Assembly (NCBI GenBank): GCA_020137815.1
Contig: CM035352.1
Span: 1,488,001-1,552,000 of the forward strand
From: Hormiphora californensis
Lineage: Eukaryota > Animalia > Ctenophora
DNA length: 64,000 nucleotides
Direction of reading: 5' to 3'
Both the position numbers and the translations under genes were made by a program. A model generated the notes under the pieces. That model was not told the DNA's origin and did not search any database. It saw only the letters and a list, made by a program, of their open reading frames with translations. Of the stretch, positions 1 through 14,696 are shown piece by piece. Numbering within the stretch: the stretch's first letter is position 1; each line of letters opens with the position of its first letter.

Positions 1-511
1 TCCGAGTGTATTTTGCATTTCTTATAACACACCTAGCCAATGATATAGATTTCCCAGGATCATTTGTTTTGACGTGTTATTACTTATTTTCCACGTATTT
101 AGTTTCTTCAAGCTATGTCATTATTTCCATCGGATGGCTGCCAGAGCTATCCCTGTATGTAACGCGCGAGAACATGCTTCTGTCAAAATGTGAAAGTGTG
201 CGCTTGAGTGAGTGAGACCAGATCGAGCGCGCGGTGGTCCCAACTCACGGGGTTGATGATGTGACTGACAGCATGAGCTATTTTAGTCCCCCTACTTCCC
301 TATCCTATCTGATAACCAGATTCCCCCTAATCCAGCTGTGTTTTCAGCTTCCCCTATCCTATTTTAGTCCCCCTACTTCCCCCTGACAATAACCAGCTTG
401 ACCTTCTAATAACAGCGTCCCACTAATCCCTGTGTCATGCGTGTTTTCATAACTAGCTTCCCCCTAATTCCTGTGTTTTCATACTTCCCTAATCCCCCTG
501 TGTGTTTTCAG

Positions 512-3500
512 CGGAGGAACAGGGTGCCGGGAGAAAGGCACTGGAGGGGAGTGTTGCAGTCGTTCTTATGCCAATGCTATCTGAGGTTCAACTCCGATAC
601 ATCCAATCCCACACGTCCTGTTTTTCTGAGATTGTCAGGAGTTTATGGGGATATTTGGCTGCTAAACATGCTGCTCTGCATCACCGAGTTGTTAAGTTGT
701 TATGGAAACTACATCACCTGGCTCCCAGTCCTGATGTCACTGAGAATGTGATGGGTGAAATGTTAGCTAGTAGCAACCTGGTACGTTATGAATTATATCA
801 TAGCCTAGCCTAGATGATATAACCCCAATTCACTAATATAATAATGATCAAGTTCGTCATCATGGGTCCGTTTAAAATGGGCCTAGTTTGATTCGGGGCC
901 TGGCAAGGCCCCCCGACCCGAATATAACCCAAACTCAACCCATCCCCCCTAAAACATCCCCCCTAAAACTAAAACAACGGGGCCGAGCCGACAGGCCCTT
1001 AATACCAGATGAAAAAAAAACCATTCGGGGCCTGGCAAGGCCCCCCGACCCGAATATAAACCAAACTCAACCCATCCCCCCTAAAACATCCCCCCTAAAA
1101 CTAAAACAACGGGGCCGAGCCGACAGGCCCTTAATACCAGATGAAAAAAAACCATAAAACCATAAAACCATAAACCATAAACCATAGATATTTTTAGAGT
1201 GAAAGTTTTGAAGCCCCCTGAAGTAGTAGAGAGGTGTTCTATGGCTCGTTGGAAAGGTCTCGAGGTCCCGCGACGTATAGGGGGTGTGGCGATGGCCATA
1301 CCCAAACCTATAAGGGGTAGGACGCGAAAAACAGTCAAAATAAGGGGTATGCTGAACTCGGCAATTAGAAGGAGTAGAAAGGTGTTCTAGGGTGCGTTCG
1401 AAAGCTCTCGAGGTACTGAAGTAATTGGAATGTAATTGGAAGTAATTACATGTAATTGGAAGTAATTACATGTAATTAAAGGGTAATTACATGTAATTAA
1501 AAGGTCTAAATGACCCCAAATGATAATTTAAACATATTTTGACATATTTTGAGGCCCTGAGACCAGCGGGTGGCCAAATTTAATCAGGTTTCGGGTCGGC
1601 TGACGTAAAAACTCCGCGTTTTGGTCGATAACCATAAAACCATAAACCATAAACCATAGATATTTTTAGAGTGAAAGTTTTGAAGCCCCCTGAAGTAGTA
1701 GAGAGGTGTTCTATGGCTCGTTGGAAAGGTCTCGAGGTCCCGCGACGTATAGGGGGTGTGGCGATGGCCATACCCAAACCTATAAGGGGTAGGACGCGAA
1801 AAACAGTCAAAATAAGGGGTATACAGAACTCGGCAATTAGAAGGAGTAGAAAGGTGTTCTAGGGTGCGTTCGAAAGCTCTCGAGGTGCTGAAGTAATTGG
1901 AATGTAATTGGAAGTAATTACATGTAATTAAAATGTAATAACATGTAATTAAAGGGTAATTACATGTAATTAAAAGGTCTAAATGACCCCAAATGACAAT
2001 TCAGACATATTTTGACATATTTGGAGGCCCTGAGACCAGCGGGTGGCAAAATTTAATCCGGTTTCGGGTCGGCTGACGTAAAAACTCCGCGTTTTGGTCG
2101 AGGTAACCATAAAACCATAAACCATAAACCATAGATATTTTTAGAGTGAAAGTTTTGAAGCCCCCTGAAGTAGTAGAGAGGTGTTCTATGGCTCGTTGGA
2201 AAGGTCTCGAGGTCCCGCGACGTATAGGGGGTGTGGCGATGGCCATACCCAAACCTATAAGGGGTAGGACGCGAAAAACAGTCAAAATAAGGGGTATACA
2301 GAACTCGGCAATTAGAAGGAGTAGAAAGGTGTTCTAGGGTGCGTTCGAAAGCTCTCGAGGTACTGAAGTAATTGGAATGTAATTGGAAGTAATTACATGT
2401 AATTAAAATGTAATTACATGTAATTAAAGGGTAATTACAGTCGGACCCCGATTTACCGGGATGCTCGGGGGAAAGGCTTTTGCCCGGTAAATCGGGGTGC
2501 CCGGTATATCGGGGTAAAATACTGCTAAATTCCTATTTCGGGGGAAGATTATGCTCCCGGTAAATCGGGGTTCCGGTAAATCGGGGCCCGGTAAATCGGG
2601 GTCCGACTGTACATGTAATTGAAAGGTCTAAATGACCCAGAATGATAATTTAAACATATTTTGACGTATTTGGAGCAATTGGAAGGAGTAGAAAGGTGTT
2701 CTAGGGTGCGTTCGAAAGCTCTCGAGGTGCTGAAGTAATTGGAATGTAATTGGAAGTAATTACATGTAATTAAAGGGTAATTACATGTAATTAAAGGGTA
2801 ATTACATGTAATTAAAAGGTCAGCATAATCCCAAATGATAATTTAAACATATTTTGACGTATTTGGAGGCCCTGAGACCAGCGGGTGGCCAAATTTAATC
2901 CAGTTTCGGGTCGGCTGACGTAAAAACTCCGCGTTTTGGTCGAGGTAACATTATCAACTAAGATGTCCCCTAAAACACACTTGTATCAGGGCATGCGTCT
3001 TGAGGGAATGAGAAGATTTACCGTTTTTTGGCACATTTCTGCAAGCCTCAGTGATAACTGTAAGGAGTGGAGTAAGCTCCAAGTATCCGGAAAAGATCTC
3101 AGCAGGTTAGTGGTGTGATGTTTTCAGGGGGATTTGTTACTAAAAAATACGAACATTTTGTATTTGCTCGAAAGTTTTAAATGCGGTTTTAAACCTCCAA
3201 TTTACCGGACTGCAGTAGTTCGTGGTAAAGGGTAAATCGGGGTTCAACAATATATTATATTGCTTCTGTTTACAGCTTACAACACGCGATCATGATACAC
3301 TCAAAAACATTCACAGATCCTCTGTATTGAGAGGGGTCAACTTTTCTCAAAAACTGTCCCACTGTCTGGGTTTCATCTCTCTTGACGGATCACTCCTTTT
3401 TTCAGTTTCTTCCCCATCTTCTGTCACCTCATAGTCTCGTTTCTCCTCTCTAGTTCATAGCCGCCTTCTTCTTAGTCCGGCCTCCGAACAATAGCCGCCC

Positions 3501-4384
3501 ATCTGCTGATGATCCATATATCTTAGGACGGGTCTTGGCATACTTATCGCCCAGCCTGAACGCCTGGCGCCGCTCTACAGAGACAACGTTATCTGAAACA
3601 TGGAAATGTTAGTTGGGCAGTATGGAAATAGCAATCATGGGGTTGAATAAAATGGGTCAGTGTCAACTACATACAGGTTAAAATAAATTATGAGTAAGGG
3701 GGCGAGTATAAAATAAGTTCCAACAGATCAATAGTATAATCCTAGTCTTGACTTTACCTTCGTCCGCGGTGGCAGTATCATCAGAAGATGCATACACAGC
3801 AACTAGAATAACGGCCAACAGAACAGTGAGAAGTCGGAATGTTGTTGCCATGGTGCTGAGAGTTTTTGGAACTGATTTGGAGTGGTTGGGAGAGGGTTTA
3901 TATACCGGGTGGGTAGACAATGAGGGCTCCAACGGTAATGGACCGTCAATTGTTAGTGGAGTCGCAGACAATTACTAATGTGTCACGTGCTCTCCATAAC
4001 GCAGTTTAGGTTCTCTTATATAATAGAGAATCGGGGAAAGTGGTTTCATTCTCATTGTTCTGCTATCTCTCTCTTCTCTTGAGAGAGAGCGAGGAGAGAG
4101 AGAGACAGAGAGAGCGAAGGAGAGAGAAGCGACGAGAGCGAGAGAAAGAGAGCTAGAGAGCGAGAGAGAGAGATAGCGAGAGGAGAGAGGGAGAGAGAGA
4201 GAGAGAGAGACAGAAGAGAGAGAGAGAAGAGAGAGGAGAGAAGGAGGAGAGCGGAGAGCGAGAGAGAGCTGGCGAGAGAGCGCGAAGCAGAGAGGAGAGC
4301 GGATGCGAGCGAGACTAGAGAGAGGCGAGATAGCTCAGCTCTCTCTCGCTGATCTATGCTCGAGCGACGTAGCGAGATGCATAT

Positions 4385-4415
<31 letters not shown>

Positions 4416-7400
4416 TTCTATATTTCTATCTCTCTCCCTCTCTCTCTCTCTCCCTCTCTGTACATATCCAGTTTCTTGGGTTAATGCATCTTTCTTGGGT
4501 TAATGCATCTTTTTTGCAAGAATTATCCCACTACACCGTAAAATGGCACGCCCCTCAGACATCAGTTTAACTTAAATTTTAAACTTTTATTCATGGGGAT
4601 GCTAAAAGCAGTTATAAGCAGTCAATGATATAAGCTTGCTCTGCCGAACCCTCATTACATAGCGCGCTCCGTGATGTCATTTTATGTAATAAAATGTTGA
4701 CATGTTCCTAGTCTGTCGGCTCTCGCACCGGGCGAGGGCGAATGGACAGACTGCGTAGCATGCAATGCAGTGTGAGCTACACAAATCTAATCCTCTAATT
4801 TCCACCCAGGACGGTCCTAACTCTACTGGAGTGTCTCGGTGGGTGCGACTACCAGAGCCGACTACTCTCCAAAGCATGGATATCCCAGTGTTTCCATTAC
4901 GGAGACTTAAACAGGATCCTGGACCCCCTTCTCATCACCCTTCTCCACCCGACAAGTGCCCGGGTGGTGGTCAGGGTGGTGATTGACCAGGTGGAGCAGG
5001 GGGAGGCTGCTGCAGGGGAGCATGATGCCCACTCTTTGAACCGGAGGACCAAGTACTCTCTGTTGTCCGAGGGAGGGGACAGTGATAATGAGTTGTACAG
5101 GTAATTATGATATTATAATGGGCTTAATTAGAGAGCTGAAATTTGCTGAGGACCCTGTAAGAAGAGGAACACAAACTGGATTTCCAGAATAACTTGGTTT
5201 TTGGACTAAATAAGTCTAAATATGGACTTCGAATTGAAGTTTACCAATACTACATAACCTCCCCTATATCAGTCCTAACCTCCTCCCTCCCCCTATCTCA
5301 GTCCTAACCTCCTCCCTCCCTCCCCTATCTCAGTCCTAACCCCTTCCCTCCCTCCCCCAGTCCGGCTGAGGGTGGTGATCCCAGTGGTGGGACTCCCCTG
5401 GTAGGTAGGGATACCCCAGGCCTGCCAGTCGAGGAACGGAAGAGAACTGACTGTCACAGCGAGCTGGAGTACTCCCTGGAATATGATACACAAAGGAGCA
5501 AGTATCTTTGGCAGATTATTCTCAGCATGCTGACTGCAGACCCAACTCCCTTCATCAGGTACACTTAATAATCATTACCAGGGGATATACCACCACTACA
5601 GCTAGTGGGCGCCGATTTACCGGACAGTAAATCGTGGCTCAATTGTATTTTAACCCATCTTACATCTCTCTTCCTCCCCCCCCTCCAGGAGTTGCCACGC
5701 GACCAAATTCAACGCTACAAGCAAGTACCTATCTCAGGAGGTATACGAGCTCTTTCATAAACACCGCATGTCAATAAGATCCGAAGCTGTATAACGACCC
5801 ATTCTTCATCACCGGCTCCTCTACCTCCGCAGCATCGGACACTGAATCACGGCTCTCTGTCGCTGATCGGCTCCGGAAGATCTCAAAGAGCTATTTGGAG
5901 CTTACTTGTCACTGTATGTTTGTGGTATACTAGAAGCAGGTACCGACAGGGAACACTCTCCCGGGAGGTGTTTGATAGCAACTGTGAGGTACGGTTGGTG
6001 AGCGTGGAATTCCTAACATCCCTCGTCCAACAATGTACCGTCCTACCAACTGAGCTCCGTAGGATTGTCTGTGAGACCCTGTTTGAAAGGTGTCATCTCC
6101 AGGAATCAATCCTGTACGTGCTTACAGAGGAGTATTGTCGCACACACAGAGTCATCGTACATAGTGCTGGAGGATCACGAGCTGTTAGAGTGGACCAAAT
6201 CCTTCCAAAGTGAGCTGATTGTGTTAGTTCAGTGCATCCTAGAGCTGGAGAAGGCAGTAGGGTGGGGAGAGGTGAAGGCAGATCATCTTAATTCCTACGA
6301 GTTCGACTACAAGTATGTGGAGTACTATATGAACTGTCAGGATACCCATATAGCCAAGGTGCGGCTGGTTGACCCGGAAGTGGAGACATCTAACAACCCA
6401 AGGTATCTTCCTGGAGTACCCCTGGTAGCGCAGCCTCTCTTCACTCACTGCATCTTGGTTGCCTTGACAACCAGGAGAGTTACCTTCCTGCACAAGAAGT
6501 GGCTGGACACGGTGATCAGTTGTCTGGACTACACCTCGCCCCTCCTAACTAAACTCTCGGAGCTAGTTGTCCAGCAGATACTACACAATATCCGACAGTT
6601 GGCCCGGGAGTACCATAACACTACATCACCGCCTCCTGTTGTTAGTTGCGTTCCAGTTAACCAGACGGCCCTCCTGTTAGAGGCTCTCTCCTCCGTGGTT
6701 CATTTTATCCTAATCCATGCCCCATCCGCTCCTAATAACAACAACCAAACATCCAAAGCGGGGATATTAGAGTTCTTCTCCTTTGGTTCTGATGTTGTAT
6801 CAGGTGGGTCTAACAGCCCTGAATTGGAGCACGTAAACCATGCTAAGCACGCTATGTTACAAATGATACCCAGATGCATGGATACCTTGTTGGATGTTTG
6901 GGTGGGTTGGAAGATGATAGATCCGGAGAGAGCGGAGGGCCTCTTCCCCTGGGGTAAACCTCACGACATCAAGACTCTGCTGCTAAACTTTGTATCGCCC
7001 CTCTTTAGACGATACCCAGCCTCAATGCTGAGTTCCCTGTGTGAGGTGTGGCACATGAACAGGAAGAACTTGGTGTTTGGAAGACCTGGCCATCTTGTAT
7101 CCAGTGCCAGTAAACGACAGTTGGCCCTTATTGATCTGTTGTTAGATGTTAAGGTTTGCACGTTTGACGTTGTACTGAAGAACTCCCAAAAGCTGCTCAA
7201 CACCGCGGCATCCCACCCCAAGGATTCCCGGGATCAGTTTGGATTTAGTTTCGAGACAGAGTTGATGCACCTTAGTTACGAGTACTTCAAACATCTCAAG
7301 AAGCATGTGATGAGCAAGGCATGGCCGCACCTTCTCCACCTCCTCCGGGAAGCAAACACGTTCACCTCCCAACCTCCCGTCACTCTCCTCTCCCTCGCAT

Positions 7401-10155
7401 TCCTCCACCTCTACCTGGCAAACTGCCCAACCACAGACGACGTGAAGTCACGGAGGGAACTCCAGGAGGTAACTGTCAAGTTGGTGGAGTTGACCACTGA
7501 TATTGCCAGTAGATCCCTATCTGGACACACCTGGTTTGGGAGGAGGAGCGAGGTCGTTCCCGAGTACAAGGAGGTGGTGAGTGTGCGGAGAGCTGATGAT
7601 AGTGAGGATACGGAGAGTGAATATGAGGACGAGGAGGGGTATGAGGGGAGCAATGTCCACACTCTTCAAGCTATATACGCTCTGTCAGAGTGTCTAGCGT
7701 CCATCATTGATTTAGTGTATGGAAGTGAGGAGAAGGATAAGGCTGTTACGATTCTCTCTCCACTCATCTCTAAGATTAGTGTGTACATCAGGAACCATGC
7801 CCATCATAACATGCCAAACGCACGTGCTAGCGCGGCTCTACTCACATCAATTACGGACTATCAGTACTGCCGGAAAGCTTGGGCGAAGGAACTTTACGAT
7901 GCCTTCCTAGAGCCCGACTTCTTTGTAATGGAAGCGAGTGGTGTGACGCAATGGAAGATAATTATAGAACATCTGATAGCACATGATACCCTGCTATTCC
8001 AAGACATGTTAGCCCGTGTTACGGGAGCATCAGCGGGCATCCTCAGCTCCAGCGAGGCATTCTACACACAGAAAGCCCGGACTAATCAAGAGACTTACCT
8101 TCACGATGTACTGCTGCGAGTACAACCAGTACTGCCAAGTTCATCTCCAAGATTCAGGAGTGTTTTGTGGAGGCTCTCAAGTTGTCAACTGCAGCCCATC
8201 AAGTTGTCAGGGAGGTCTTCCTGGGATTCAGGGTGTTGATACTGAGGATGGCACCTGGCACCTACTCTCCACTGTGGCCAATCATGCTCAACGGTACGTG
8301 ACCATATATGGGCATTCGGTTGTGCTGACCCATTCCCTCCTCTCATACACGGCGGGGGGGGGGGGATAATTCCCCATTTCTTTATCTAGAATTCTTTAAC
8401 TTATCTGTCTTTTCAAGTATTATTTTTGAGTTGAATAACACCCACTCCTCTCTTATCTAGAGTTATACGGACAGCTTGTTGAACTCCGTGATTTACTCCG
8501 CAAGCAATCGGACTGGGAAATGTCAACAAATGCCCTTTCAATGTATCTCTCTGTCAGCAAGTTGCTAGATATGGCCCTCATTTTACCAGCCGAGATGATA
8601 CCAGACTTCCAGGTAGTAGGGTCACGTGGGTTACTATTATATGATGGTAAACACTACTACAGGGGTGGGCATAAAAAATGTCCGCCCTAGACTAGCATAG
8701 TTCCAGATATCGTAGAGGGCTAAAACTTGGCAGAGTTACTCTATGGAACAAATAAATAGGTTGACCAAAATTTCAGACTTTTAGCTCAAAGTTCATTTTT
8801 TGATCGGAATGAACATTGTCAGTCATTCCAAAAAACATGAATTTTCGGTCCAGAAGTTAAAGAATTGTCTTTGGCTATCAAATTTCATTCAAATGCGACC
8901 AAGAAAACCTAAACGGACAACCACAAGGCACACAGTGAGCATGTTTCTGTCAGTTAGTCAGGTCATGTGATCCCCACCGAATCATGGACAACTTTCTGAA
9001 TTGTTAATCAGGCTTATTGGGGAAGAATCACGTATCATAGCCGCTAATGAGGGATGTGTATCGAAAAGCAATATGTGATGCGAGAGCATTGGGATAAAGA
9101 GGCCACTTGTTAATGAGCCTCGGATCTCATGGCCAATCATCATCGTCATCCCTCATTAGCGGCTGTGATACGTGATTCTCCACAACTAATCCTGATTAGC
9201 AATTCATAACAGTCCACGATTCGATGGGGATCACATGATCTGACTAACTGACAGAAACATGATCACTGTGTACCTTGTGGTTGTCCGTTTTTGGTTTTCT
9301 TGGTCGCATTTGAATGAAATTTGATAGCCAAAGACAATTGTTTAACTTCTGGACCGAAAATTCATGTTTTTTGGAATGACTGACAATGTTCATTCCGATC
9401 AAAAAAATGAACTTTGAGCTAAAAGTCTGAAATTTTGGTCAACCTATTTATTTGTTCCATAGAGTAACTCTGCCAAGTTTTAGCCCTCTACGATATCTGG
9501 AACTATGCTAGTCTAGGGCGGACATTTTTTATGCCCACCCCTGTAGTACTGTTCATTCTAGTGTTTGTTCGGGCATCATAATAATTATCATAACAATTCT
9601 TTGATATTTCTTAGATAGTTCATACTACAGTTCAGCAAGTGATGCTGTGTTACCTAACAATTTGAAATGATGTTATTTCTAGACTAATCTAACAATTCCA
9701 GGTGCACCATTGGTCCTTTGTGTGTGATAGACCCAGAGAGGTTGAGGACCCCACTGGTCCCGTGCCAAAGAGAACTGGCCCTGAATTCGAATGCCTGGCC
9801 TCCGAGATTTCCCACGATTTTGATAGGGTAAACATTAATGAGCAATGAAAGTTATGACAGTCTTATGTGAGACAAAAACAGAACCGATAACATCGTCCCT
9901 TTAGTCATCCCTTCACCTACCCTTTTCCAGGCGCTAGAAGATGATAGTTGGGTTCGTGACACAGGGAAACCCTTCCTCACACAATCTCACATCAACACAA
10001 TCCGGGAGTTACAACCCTTCTTTGCCTGTCTCTCCAACCGGGGCTTGTTTGGAAGCAGGGGATCGTCAAGTGGTGGAACAGGAGTCGTGGAGTCCACGGT
10101 TACATTGTCTCTCCTAGAGGACAGTCTTGATCTGGAATATATGGATATTGTGTGA
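512..10155 (+). CDS. DOP1: Dopey/DOP1 leucine-zipper-like trafficking protein, central and C-terminal exons (5' end probably upstream of the window)
   Basis: GT-AG exons at about 512-780, 2990-3105, 4811-5100, 5361-5558, 5689-~8293, 8461-8612, 9702-9827 and 9931-10155 (TGA). Translations match Dopey-family motifs: LWKLHHLAPSPDVTENVM, RFTVFWHIS, KAWISQ..GDLNRILDPLLITLLHP, YQYCRKAWAKELYDAF, MYLSVSKLLDMALILP, IRELQPFF. AATAAA at about 10261. At least three frameshifts in the large exon (about 5790, 6130, 8085), probably sequencing errors. Confidence 0.9.
888..2947. repeat. Complex intronic tandem array: two ~132-bp units, then ~472-475-bp units containing (AAACCAT)n and (GTAATTACAT)-like subrepeats
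   Basis: Near-identical ORF copies start at 1199, 1671 and 2146 (spacing 472 and 475). The 132-bp unit starts at 891 and 1023. Lies in DOP1 intron 781-2989. Confidence 0.92.
2438..2609. mobile_element. 172-bp pogo/Tigger-like MITE with TA target-site duplication
   Basis: TIRs CAGTCGGACCCCGATTTACCGGG / CCCGGTAAATCGGGGTCCGACTG, flanked by TA on both sides. Sister satellite units carry the empty site GGGTAATTACATGTAATT. Confidence 0.9.
3450..3851 (-). CDS. Small secreted prepropeptide (about 78 aa), candidate neuropeptide/peptide-hormone precursor, nested antisense in a DOP1 intron
   Basis: Exon 1 3851-3758 gives MATTFRLLTVLLAVILVAVYASSDDTATADE (signal peptide plus acidic spacer). Phase-1 GT-AG intron. 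Exon 2 3592-3450 gives DNVVSVERRQAFRLGDKYAKTRPKIYGSSADGRLLFGGRTKKKAAMN*. TATA box about 50 nt upstream. Confidence 0.7.
3897..3906 (-). promoter_or_regulatory. TATA box of the nested peptide gene
   Basis: GGTATATAAACCC on the minus strand about 50 nt upstream of the ATG at 3851. Confidence 0.55.
8660..9543. mobile_element. 884-bp non-autonomous Tc1/mariner-type foldback element in a DOP1 intron
   Basis: TA|CAGGGGTGGGCATAAAAAATGTCCGCCC...GGGCGGACATTTTTTATGCCCACCCCTG|TA. Inverted arms of about 400 bp each. No ORF. Confidence 0.92.
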
Positions 10156-11599
10156 AGTGTGTTTCATGGTTGCTATGGTAACCATGCGGTTGCTATGTGG
10201 TTAGCAACCACATGATAACCGCATGGTAACCACGTTATTATTGATAAATATCATGTGTAAAATAAAGTAAGGACTGAGTGAGAAGTTAGAAGAGGAGAGA
10301 GGTAGAGTTTAAGATTGATTAAATGGTAATTGTTAGGTTATGTAATAGTACATACAATATGTTTTGTCCATTATACATAATCCAGTCCTTAATAGTAATT
10401 ATAATTAGTTGTTATAATTAGTTATAATTACTCAACAAAATAATTATACAGCTGCACACGGTGTAAAAACATTTGATTGTCGTTGTATTTGTTAATGTGT
10501 AGTGATCGTATATTCGAAGCTGTCTTTGTGCGACTAAAAAAAGAAATTTGGCACTGACAAAATCGCCTCCTTTACACAATGGGGCACGGTACTGAGAGAG
10601 AGAGAGAGAGCAAGCCTATGATATCTGAGAGTGATACTGATAGTAAAGTCGTTTTTTAACTTTAATTTTGTCGTCATGATTAAGGGACTGTATTGTGTGC
10701 GTGTAACTTTCGTTCGAAGAAAACTGAGATTTTTGTTTCTATCTCCCTTGGGTACAACAAAATGGTCTTGGTTCTCTTTGCCTCTCCCAACTTTCATCAT
10801 CTCTCTGCCCAATTAATTAGCTGTACCCAAGTTGAACTCAAAACGTTTTCAGTCTAAATCATACGGAAGAAGATAGACTACCTTTTTAGCAAGTTACTTT
10901 AGCAGGATGTTCGAAGTAAAGAGATTGCGATTCTGAAAATGTTTGCTAACATGTTGACTCAACGGTTGAGCGTTGAAGAGGAACTCGATAAAAACGATCC
11001 GAATAGGATTCCAACGATTTATGGTAAATGATAATCTTGTTTGAATATTTCAGAACCCCAATTCCCGTCCGTGCAAGTGTGAAACTGAAAGAGAGGGTAT
11101 TGAGAATGCACTAATCTATACCCAACCCATTTTATCCATAAGCAAACTGTCTTAACATACCTCTTCTCCCCATATCATCAGGTCCGAAGATCACCTACTA
11201 GTCATAGCTACTTTCACATCACTGGTTGTTGAGGAATTGTTGACTTAGTGAGGATTAACTCTACAACTTGATGAGCTAGCTTGTAGCGGATTGAAGAGGT
11301 ATATTATTGCAATTATTTGTTAATTTGGGGCAGTCGTGTACCCCATGTTAGTCAGAGGGTGAGGGAGGGGAGGGGAGGGAATGGCCCGCCGGCCGGAACC
11401 TCTGGTACTGAAGAATTAAATACGGTGGGAGGCTGCAAATGATACTTCAGATGGGCTGACCGGCGCTGTCAGGCCAATGCTCTAACAGGACCGGCGGGTA
11501 AAAGAGTAAAATTTCTCCTAATTATCGTTATGAATGGATAGACCTATACTTCGGTTATTTCAGCCCTTGTTTACCGAACGAGGAAGAAATCGATCATTT

Positions 11600-13360
<1,761 letters not shown>

Positions 13361-14644
13361 TTTCCTCCAAAACGGTCACTCTGGCCCCACTCCAATAGTA
13401 GCTCACAGTTCACACTAGGCTCTAAACCTGCACGTGCTAAATGCATATAAGTAAAAAGTACACTGGATTTCCATTGCTTTAATAATAGTATGATATAGTC
13501 TTGTTTGTTTCTATTCTCTATTCTCTCGTCTACTATTATACTCTACTGTCTCTGTCCGCACTCCATCTTTCTTTTTTACCAACAAGCCTCGCCCCAAGCT
13601 GATGGGGCCAAAAAAGCCGTCACACCACTTTTATTTTATTGTGTAACGCAACACGAATGTACTGAAGGTCAACCCATTTATGATTGGTGTGTGCAACAAA
13701 AGTGCTCTTACTGTAGTCTCGTAGAATGCCTGTCAATATTGAAGACCCATTTCTGTGATGGAGAACTGTGGTCAGAGCATTGGCCTGACAGGGTGATGCT
13801 GGTAATGGGATTGTGATATGATCACAAACGAGTTGTGATGAATGATCATTTCGTTAATGTACACAGTAATTTACTACGTGTGTAACTTTCTCACAGAACT
13901 CGTGTTCGTATCCATTATTATAAGTGGGTATGGATCCCTCCTCCTTTGGCTCTATCTATATCTCTCTCCTTTGGCCTCTATCGATCTTCCTCCTCCTTTG
14001 GCTCTATACTATCTTGTCCTCCTATGCAAGCTATTCTTTCTAAGACTCTTCTACCTTCTATTCAATCATTCCATCCCAATGTCTTTGTCCTACATCTCGA
14101 GGCCTACAATTCCTCCTTCTGCTCTTACTCTCTCTCCATCTCTCTTCTCTATCTCTACTTTTCTCCTTTCTCTCTATAATCGTCTCCTGGAGCCTGCCTG
14201 TAAATGTTTATGTTCCTTCTCGTGGCTGTCATAGCCAATAGGGCTTCAATTTAGCTAGTATGGATGAATAGCAATTAGGGTGTTCACCAGGTTCAGACAA
14301 AACTGAAGCCAAGAATGGAGATGCTTCTTGAGCTTAGATCCTCTTATCTCTCATCTTTCCATCTTGCTCTGTATTCTTTCTCTTTCTCTTCATATGCATC
14401 TCCATTTGTACTTAATGCCTAGCTTCTTCATCATGCCAAAGCTCAAGCAGTTCCTTTTACTGATTTATGATCTCTCTCTCTCTCACACTCTACTCTCTCT
14501 ATCTCTTGCTCTCTCTCTCTCATCTCTGTACTCTTCTCTTCTTCTCTTCCTCTCTCTCTCTCCCTCTCTATCCATCTCTCTCGATATAATTGAGGGCACC
14601 ACTTCCTCCTCGATAGCTCGCTTTCATGTACATTCGTCTTCTTT

Positions 14645-14696
<52 letters not shown>

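Noticed and set aside
1081-2337. Repeated 63-94 aa ORFs on both strands
   Set aside because: By-products of the intronic satellite; no domain or splice support.
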